Shown here: positions 26,122-32,000 of the stretch, one piece after another
Numbering within the stretch: position 1 is the stretch's first letter
Layout: each line of letters begins with the position of its first letter
From: Candidatus Heimdallarchaeota archaeon
GTDB taxonomy: Archaea; Asgardarchaeota; Heimdallarchaeia; Heimdallarchaeales; Heimdallarchaeaceae
NCBI GenBank assembly: GCA_030668875.1
Contig: DAOVER010000023.1
Coordinates: 1 to 32,000 of the forward strand
DNA: 32,000 nucleotides
Reading direction: 5' to 3'
Translations under genes and position numbers: made by a program
The notes under the pieces: model-generated
Told to the model about the DNA's origin: nothing
The model's input: only the letters and a program-made list of their open reading frames with translations
The model's database searches: none

Positions 26122-28074
26122 ATGTCTAGAAAAGGAAAAATAATCCCAATAATGCTAATTTTACTAATTTCAATGCAAATATGTTCCAGTCAAAATATTG
26201 AGGCAAGCTACACCATTGCTGAGTTGGTATTGAAAACAAATGGAGGAGGAGTTCGTCCAGATTATGGTCTCTTCATTGCTTCTTATTTAAGAGATATTGG
26301 TATAGATGTACAGGTTAAAGTTGAAGAATGGACAGCATTTGTAGGTTGTCTATTACAAACTCACGATTATGATATGGGTATAGTAGGATTATCAGAAGGA
26401 GGTACATCACCAGATATGTACGATATATATGGTGCGGATGGTTCACTAAACTTGTTTGGAATTACAAAAGAAATGCCTTATGGAAATGACAGTGAGAACA
26501 TGTTGCTAGAAGGACCAACAATTATGGATTTGGAAACTAGACAGCAACATTATTACGATTGGCAACAATTGATGATGGATCGAATTGTACCAATACTACC
26601 CTTGTTTGCTCCTCAATCTTATGTTGGGACATGGTCTAACTTGAATGGATATGACGCAAACTGGGGATTACTCCACTCTCTTCCTCGAATGTCGTTTAAT
26701 GGTTTACATGAAGGGCAAGAATCAATTGATGAGTTTAGAATTGCTGACGCCAATTGGCGTGATCTGAATCCGATGTTTTGTGACTGTGGTGGAAGATATA
26801 GTTTTATTGGAAAAGCTCTGAATGAAGAAATTGTCATACTTTCACCTGATTTAGCACCAACCAAAACTGGTTTAGTGATAGATTGGGAACTAATAGATGA
26901 TTTCCATTTTAAGTTCTATATGAGAGATGATGTATTTTGGAATCCCTCTTACAATATTACTGTAAGAGATGAAAATTCTATACCATTAAGTGATATCCCA
27001 ACTTCTCAATTAGCAAGAGGGTTAAAAAACAATGAATACAGTGATGGTTTTAATCAGAAAGTTACTGCAAAAGATGCTGTATTCACTTTTCTTCTGTGGA
27101 GCAGTACAATTAGTGAATCACCCGGTTATCATAACTGGATTTCCAATATTTATGTTGACCCAGAGGACCCTTTAGCTTTTCATATTCATATTGACGGAGA
27201 TCCAAATACTCCAGAATTAGAATATTATCCTGAATTTTGGCAAAGATTAAACTGGATAATAATGCCTGAATTCTTCTTAAATTCAAGCGAAACTACTGTT
27301 ACTTATTCATCAGGAGGGGTTAAAACTGTAGGTTTGTACTGGGGAATGTTTGATACTCCACAGTGGATGATGAATAGCATTTCACAATTTGGCTGTGGGA
27401 AATATTTACTAGATTACCACATTAGAAATGGTAAAACCGTTCTAAGAGCTAGTCCATTTTGGTTGGGAGTAGATCCAATAGATGGATCAGTTGAGGTTTT
27501 AGATATCAAGACAATAACTGTTGATATGATTCCTTATCTGGAAGAAGAATTGGCTGCATTTATGCACGGAAAATTAGATTGGAGTGGTTTGACTGCATAT
27601 CCTGCTATGAGGAAGATGATGCAAGCAGATCCAAGATTCGATGTGCAATCATTTCTAACTTCTAGTTTTACTTTTCTGTTTTTCAATCTCCAACGTCCCT
27701 TTTTAGGCGGAGATTACAACTATATGTATCTAACCTCCTCTCCTGATAAAGAGGCTTACACTTATGGAATTGCAGTTCGAAAAGCTATTTGTTACGCAAT
27801 CGACAGAGAGGAGATGAATGAAATTATCCATAATGGTGACTATATCATCGCACACAGTGTGCTCTATCCATATACGGGCTATTTCTATTATGATGACATA
27901 ATCAAATACAACTATGATCTCGATGTTGCTAAAGACTGGATATCTTCTGGAGGATATACTTGCCCAACAACAACCAATATTGCATTGTTACCCATTATTA
28001 TTTTCGTCTTTGTTATGTTTTCATTAACACTAAGAAAGAGAGTCAAAAAAAGAAAAAATAAGGATTATGCATAA
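26122..28074 (+). CDS. ABC transporter family-5 (Opp/Dpp-like) solute-binding protein, apparently circularly permuted, C-terminally anchored
   Basis: SBP_5 motifs 'YLRDIGIDVQVKVEEW', 'VTAKDAVFTF', 'FGCGKY', 'FFNLQRP', 'VRKAICYAIDREEM', 'YNYDLDVAKDWI'; signal peptide; TM + basic tail. ATG at 26122 preferred over 26101. Confidence 0.85.
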   Translation: MSRKGKIIPIMLILLISMQICSSQNIEASYTIAELVLKTNGGGVRPDYGLFIASYLRDIGIDVQVKVEEWTAFVGCLLQTHDYDMGIVGLSEGGTSPDMYDIYGADGSLNLFGITKEMPYGNDSENMLLEGPTIMDLETRQQHYYDWQQLMMDRIVPILPLFAPQSYVGTWSNLNGYDANWGLLHSLPRMSFNGLHEGQESIDEFRIADANWRDLNPMFCDCGGRYSFIGKALNEEIVILSPDLAPTKTGLVIDWELIDDFHFKFYMRDDVFWNPSYNITVRDENSIPLSDIPTSQLARGLKNNEYSDGFNQKVTAKDAVFTFLLWSSTISESPGYHNWISNIYVDPEDPLAFHIHIDGDPNTPELEYYPEFWQRLNWIIMPEFFLNSSETTVTYSSGGVKTVGLYWGMFDTPQWMMNSISQFGCGKYLLDYHIRNGKTVLRASPFWLGVDPIDGSVEVLDIKTITVDMIPYLEEELAAFMHGKLDWSGLTAYPAMRKMMQADPRFDVQSFLTSSFTFLFFNLQRPFLGGDYNYMYLTSSPDKEAYTYGIAVRKAICYAIDREEMNEIIHNGDYIIAHSVLYPYTGYFYYDDIIKYNYDLDVAKDWISSGGYTCPTTTNIALLPIIIFVFVMFSLTLRKRVKKRKNKDYA

Positions 28075-28173
28075 TAGAATCTCTAATCTCTTCACTTCTT
28101 CTCATACTTCAATTAAAAAGAATATTTTTGTCAGTTGAGAGATGTAGTTGTGAATAAGACAAAGAAAGATTCT

Positions 28174-30255
28174 CTATTTAGTTTCTTGGAATAGTTCATT
28201 AACAGATTTATCAAGTTTCATCGTAATCTGTCCAATTTTATCAGATTTTACGAAATCTTTTTTCTCTAATATTTCAATGATTTTCTCAGTTTCATCTGCA
28301 AATTTAAGTATGCCTTCTTTTATCCCATATGAGAAGCTATCAGTAAAAAAAGCAACAGTAAAATTTTCTCTAGGTTCTAGTAATACAAGATAATCAGTGT
28401 GTTCAAGCATTCTAAATTCACCTTTTTTCATTGAAATTTCAGAACTAAAATTCTGTATTGCATTAATTAAACCTGCTATTAAAAGCTCATCATCACTAAT
28501 TCTTTCAGACTTAAAATTATATGAATAAACAGGTAACCCAGAAGGAAGTATAACCAACAAGAATAACAAAATTGGTTTTTCTTCTGAGGAAGAAATATAA
28601 GTGGTTTCTTTTACTCCTCTCTCTGAATAATCCATCATTGAAATTTCGAATTCCGTTCTCATTTGAAGTATTGCTTGTTCAATATCTTCTTGTTTTGATC
28701 TCTCTTTTAAATCTAAAGCTATTTTCAGATTTCTTTCAGCTCTTTCGCATTGTTTTTGTAAATTGTATTCTTTACAGACTTTTACTATTCTATTTAAAAC
28801 ATCTTGAGCTAGTTCGTATTTAAAAGAAAGAATATACACAGTAGCAAGAAGCAGATTATAATTAACCATTTGAAAAATAGATTTATATTCTCTAAGAAGT
28901 ATCACACATTCTTGACAATTTAACTCTACCTTTTCAATGAATTTATTCCTTAAATCAAGATCTTCTGTAGTTCTATATTTGATAATTAAAAGTTCGATCA
29001 GATAAATTAGACCTTGAAGGATTAATGGTGCAAAATTGTTTTTCCTAGCCAATTTAATACCTTCAATCAATTCCTGTTCTGATGCAAAAATATTCATTTT
29101 TTTCAATTCTATAAATCCTTTAGAGATGTGCCAAGTAGATTTATTTAGTGTTTCTTCCTCTTCTTTAACTTGCATTATTTCGTAATACTTCTTCAAATAG
29201 CTCTCTGCTAAATCAAATTTACCATTTATTGCATAAAATTCAGTTGCCTCAAGATATATGTCATCATTTTCTATGTCATGTTTCTTCATACTGTCAAAAG
29301 CTTTAATCAGATATTCTTCAGCTTCATCCATTTTTTCCATGGATCTTAAACAAGAGTAGATGTAATTATAAATAACTAGGATATTTCTTTGGTCTTGAAA
29401 TTTACTCATTATATCAATGAAGTTATAAAAATACTTTATAGCTTGATCAAATCTTCCTTCTTGGATTAATAATGTTGCAATATTTGCTTGACATACTGCC
29501 ATTCCTCTCTCAATATTATTTCTTGAAAAATGTTCTAAACCTTTAGAGAATGCTTTTTTAGCTTCTGAATCTCCCAATATGTTCAGAGCGCTTCCAAATG
29601 AATTGTATAGTGTTCCTAGAATGAAGCTATCTTCTATTCTTTCTATCTCTAAGATATCAATACCCTTTTTGATCGAAACCAAGCTTTTATGATGATTTCG
29701 TTCTACTTGATGCAATACACATTCAATATGAAAAAGTAAGGCTTTTTCTTGTCTATAAACTAGATTATATTTCTCGTTACTTTTTATTTCTTCGAGAATA
29801 TTTTCTGTATATTGAAGAATTTCTTTTGCTTTTTGAAAATCACGTTCATAGATGAAGAAATAAGTTTGCCATATTAAGAAATCAATTTCAGAGACTAAGA
29901 GTGATTTATCTGTTCTTGTTATTGGAAAGGAGTTTAGCATGCTTTTAATTTTCTCTTTTTGACTTTGTCTAATTAAAATCATCAAATAGCTTGAAGCCAC
30001 TTCTAAAGTCGGATATTTTTCATGAAGTTCTTCAAGTTTTTGGAATTGGAAATAAATCATTAAAACATAGGAAATGATGGCTAAATAAACTGGAGGGAGT
30101 TTAACTGAAAGAACTATTTCCCATTTCATAACTAAACTGTCAAAATATTCTTCCAAGGACTCGTAATTTTCAAAATAAAATAGCCCATCGTGAAAACTTA
30201 TGTCTCTTTCTGTGAGAAATGGGAGATATTTTGATAATTCTATCAAGTCTTTCAT
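28174..30255 (-). CDS. TPR-repeat protein with C-terminal longin-like domain (fourth paralog)
   Basis: TPRs 'LYNSFGSALNILG' and 'QANIATLLIQEGRFDQAIKYF'; C-terminal 'LLVILPSGLPVYSYNF...DELLIAGLINAIQNFSSEI'. ATG at 30255 preferred; TTG at 30267. Confidence 0.8.
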   Translation of the reverse strand: MKDLIELSKYLPFLTERDISFHDGLFYFENYESLEEYFDSLVMKWEIVLSVKLPPVYLAIISYVLMIYFQFQKLEELHEKYPTLEVASSYLMILIRQSQKEKIKSMLNSFPITRTDKSLLVSEIDFLIWQTYFFIYERDFQKAKEILQYTENILEEIKSNEKYNLVYRQEKALLFHIECVLHQVERNHHKSLVSIKKGIDILEIERIEDSFILGTLYNSFGSALNILGDSEAKKAFSKGLEHFSRNNIERGMAVCQANIATLLIQEGRFDQAIKYFYNFIDIMSKFQDQRNILVIYNYIYSCLRSMEKMDEAEEYLIKAFDSMKKHDIENDDIYLEATEFYAINGKFDLAESYLKKYYEIMQVKEEEETLNKSTWHISKGFIELKKMNIFASEQELIEGIKLARKNNFAPLILQGLIYLIELLIIKYRTTEDLDLRNKFIEKVELNCQECVILLREYKSIFQMVNYNLLLATVYILSFKYELAQDVLNRIVKVCKEYNLQKQCERAERNLKIALDLKERSKQEDIEQAILQMRTEFEISMMDYSERGVKETTYISSSEEKPILLFLLVILPSGLPVYSYNFKSERISDDELLIAGLINAIQNFSSEISMKKGEFRMLEHTDYLVLLEPRENFTVAFFTDSFSYGIKEGILKFADETEKIIEILEKKDFVKSDKIGQITMKLDKSVNELFQETK

Positions 30256-30330
30256 TTTCACACCCAAATCAGCTAATATTAAACCTTATGATAATTGTCA
30301 GACACGGGATATTAAAGGGCGTAATAAGAT

Positions 30331-30351
30331 AAGGGAGACTTTCCTCCCCTT
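30331..30351 (-). terminator. Stem-loop just downstream of the second aor
   Basis: Minus strand AAGGGGAG-GAAAGT-CTCCCTT (7-bp stem with one bulge), 10 nt after the stop. Confidence 0.35.
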
Positions 30352-30361
30352 CTTCAAGTGT

Positions 30362-31999
30362 TTACTCGATTTTAAGTTTATTAATCTTCTCTCTTTTAGG
30401 AACTCCGTATTCATCTAAACCTCGTTTTTCATATAACAACTGTAAAGACTTATTGTAATCTTCTTCACTGATGAATGCTTTACTCCCTTTTGCTCTTCCT
30501 GAAGGTAAAGGTTCATTCATGAATCTCTTTGGAAGTACATCATAATCAATTGGTTTTTCATCCTCATATTGATTGATATTGAAAAGTCGTTTTGTTATCC
30601 ATATTCTTTGAGCTATTTCCATTAGTTCTTCTTCTGAAACTTCTCTATCCCAGAGAGCAGATAATATATTTTGTCTGTCAGCAAAACTAAATCCTTTGTC
30701 AATTGAATATGAAAAAGAGCATACTACTAAACAGTCTAGAAGAGTTTTGTAATCCTGCTGATCTTTCAAAGAGTCTATTACTTCTAAGGCGCTCTTATCA
30801 GGGATATCTGATGTTTGTGGCCAACCACGCATGTGGGATGCCCCTACAGCAGCTGTAGAATAGCTCAAACCTAAACCTAGTCGTCCTCTTGGATCCCAAG
30901 CGGCAAATGGCAAACCTTTAACATGAATTGCCAAATGCTCAATTCCCCAATGTTTTGCTGCTTGAGCATTACCTCTTGCTAGTATCTCACCTATACCTTT
31001 TCTATTGGCTATTAGTTCTAGCATTTCCAGAAGTTTCTCATCATTTCCAAATTTTATTCCCTCGAACTCTTCTCCTTTAAGTAAACCTTTTTCCACCGCT
31101 TCCATTACCATGGCTATTCCACTACCCGTACTGATTGTATCTAATCCTAACTGATTGCACAGATAGTTAGCATGAATAATCGTTTCATTATTACTTATTC
31201 CACAATTCCCTCCGAGCATTGCTAAAGTTTCATATTCAGGACGAGCAATTTCCTTTCTATCTGTCCACTCAAAATCAGAACCATCAAGAGTACTTGAACA
31301 ACCTACAGGACAACCATAACACGGACGTTTTATTGCTTTGTATTTCTCGTCCATCTCTACTCCTCCAACTTTTTCGTATTCCTCAAACTCTCCCGATTGC
31401 CAATTTCTTGTTGGGTATTGACTCATTTGATTTGCGAAAGCTACTGCATCGCTAGTTCCATATTTGTTCATACCTTTTCCTGCATCTATTGCTTTCTTTG
31501 CTCTAGCAAGATACTCTTTTCGTAGTTCGTCTATTTTCTCTTGATTACCATTTGTTGGTCGTGAAAATCCTTTTACAGCTACAGCTTTCAGGTTCTTTGA
31601 ACCAAATACTGCACCTAATCCACCTCTTCCTGGATTTCTATGACTATCAGCTGTTGGACAAGATATTGCGACAAGATTTTCTCCTGCTGGGCCTATGCAG
31701 ATGATTCTCATCTTTGGCTCGTTTTGCTCTTCTTTTATCATATCTTCAGTTTCATAAGATAATTTTCCCCAAAGTTTTGACGCATCTTTAATTTCAACAG
31801 CATCATCTTTGATTGAAATATAAACTGGCTTTTCAGCTTTACCTTCAATAATAATCAAATCATATCCAGCGAACCTTATTTCTGGACCCAAAAAACCACC
31901 AACATGACTATCAAGGAAGTGATTAGTTAAGGGACTTTTTGCTCCAACAGCGTATCGCCCAGTTATTGGGATTCTCGTTCCAGTTGCAGGACCTGGAGC
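30362..31999 (-). CDS. aor: Second aldehyde:ferredoxin oxidoreductase paralog; 5' end outside the window
   Basis: The frame stays open past the track start (31891) to the edge, reading APGPATGTRIPITGRYAVGAKSPLTNHFLDSHVGGFLGPE. Motifs 'CYGCPVGC', 'PEYET', 'CNQLGLDTISTG', 'ASHMRG', 'DCLVVC'. Confidence 0.95.
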   Translation of the reverse strand, partial: APGPATGTRIPITGRYAVGAKSPLTNHFLDSHVGGFLGPEIRFAGYDLIIIEGKAEKPVYISIKDDAVEIKDASKLWGKLSYETEDMIKEEQNEPKMRIICIGPAGENLVAISCPTADSHRNPGRGGLGAVFGSKNLKAVAVKGFSRPTNGNQEKIDELRKEYLARAKKAIDAGKGMNKYGTSDAVAFANQMSQYPTRNWQSGEFEEYEKVGGVEMDEKYKAIKRPCYGCPVGCSSTLDGSDFEWTDRKEIARPEYETLAMLGGNCGISNNETIIHANYLCNQLGLDTISTGSGIAMVMEAVEKGLLKGEEFEGIKFGNDEKLLEMLELIANRKGIGEILARGNAQAAKHWGIEHLAIHVKGLPFAAWDPRGRLGLGLSYSTAAVGASHMRGWPQTSDIPDKSALEVIDSLKDQQDYKTLLDCLVVCSFSYSIDKGFSFADRQNILSALWDREVSEEELMEIAQRIWITKRLFNINQYEDEKPIDYDVLPKRFMNEPLPSGRAKGSKAFISEEDYNKSLQLLYEKRGLDEYGVPKREKINKLKIE

Positions 32000-32000
32000 A

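Noticed and set aside
926-31455. Many 60-97 aa ORFs in the track overlapping larger genes (e.g. 926, 1072, 1842, 4850, 7773, 12824, 15941, 18396, 22678, 26619, 28572, 31219)
   Set aside because: They are antisense or alternate-frame shadows of well-supported genes and have no motifs.
1-32000. CRISPR array, tRNA, rRNA, or selenocysteine/SECIS recoding
   Set aside because: I saw no spaced repeat array, no GC-rich cloverleaf in any intergenic region, and no gene interrupted by an in-frame TGA.

Overview
AT-rich, gene-dense archaeal window, most plausibly from an Asgard archaeon (Heimdallarchaeia-like; this is an inference from archaeal taw1, two tungsten AORs, GGTGA-type ribosome-binding sites and longin/uDENN-like eukaryotic-signature domains). 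Left to right it holds: a higher-GC tnpB-only IS200/IS605 element with a rearranged RuvC; a surface protein with two NosD beta-helix modules and two Ig-like domains; an intergenic relic of a TPR-longin gene; a membrane-anchored metzincin; three tandem TPR + C-terminal longin genes, with a fourth near the right end; an orphan amino-DNA methyltransferase; an alpha/beta-hydrolase; a stand-alone uDENN-like protein; an RHH regulator; a HEAT-repeat protein; taw1; STAS-like, GtrA and Zn-ribbon genes; AOR; a reductive-dehalogenase-like Fe-S protein; an apparently circularly permuted family-5 solute-binding protein; and a second AOR cut by the window edge. The best candidates for new biology are the expanding TPR-longin family with its uDENN-like neighbour and the permuted solute-binding protein. 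I saw no CRISPR array, tRNA or rRNA. All family calls come from motif reading by eye, not from database searches.
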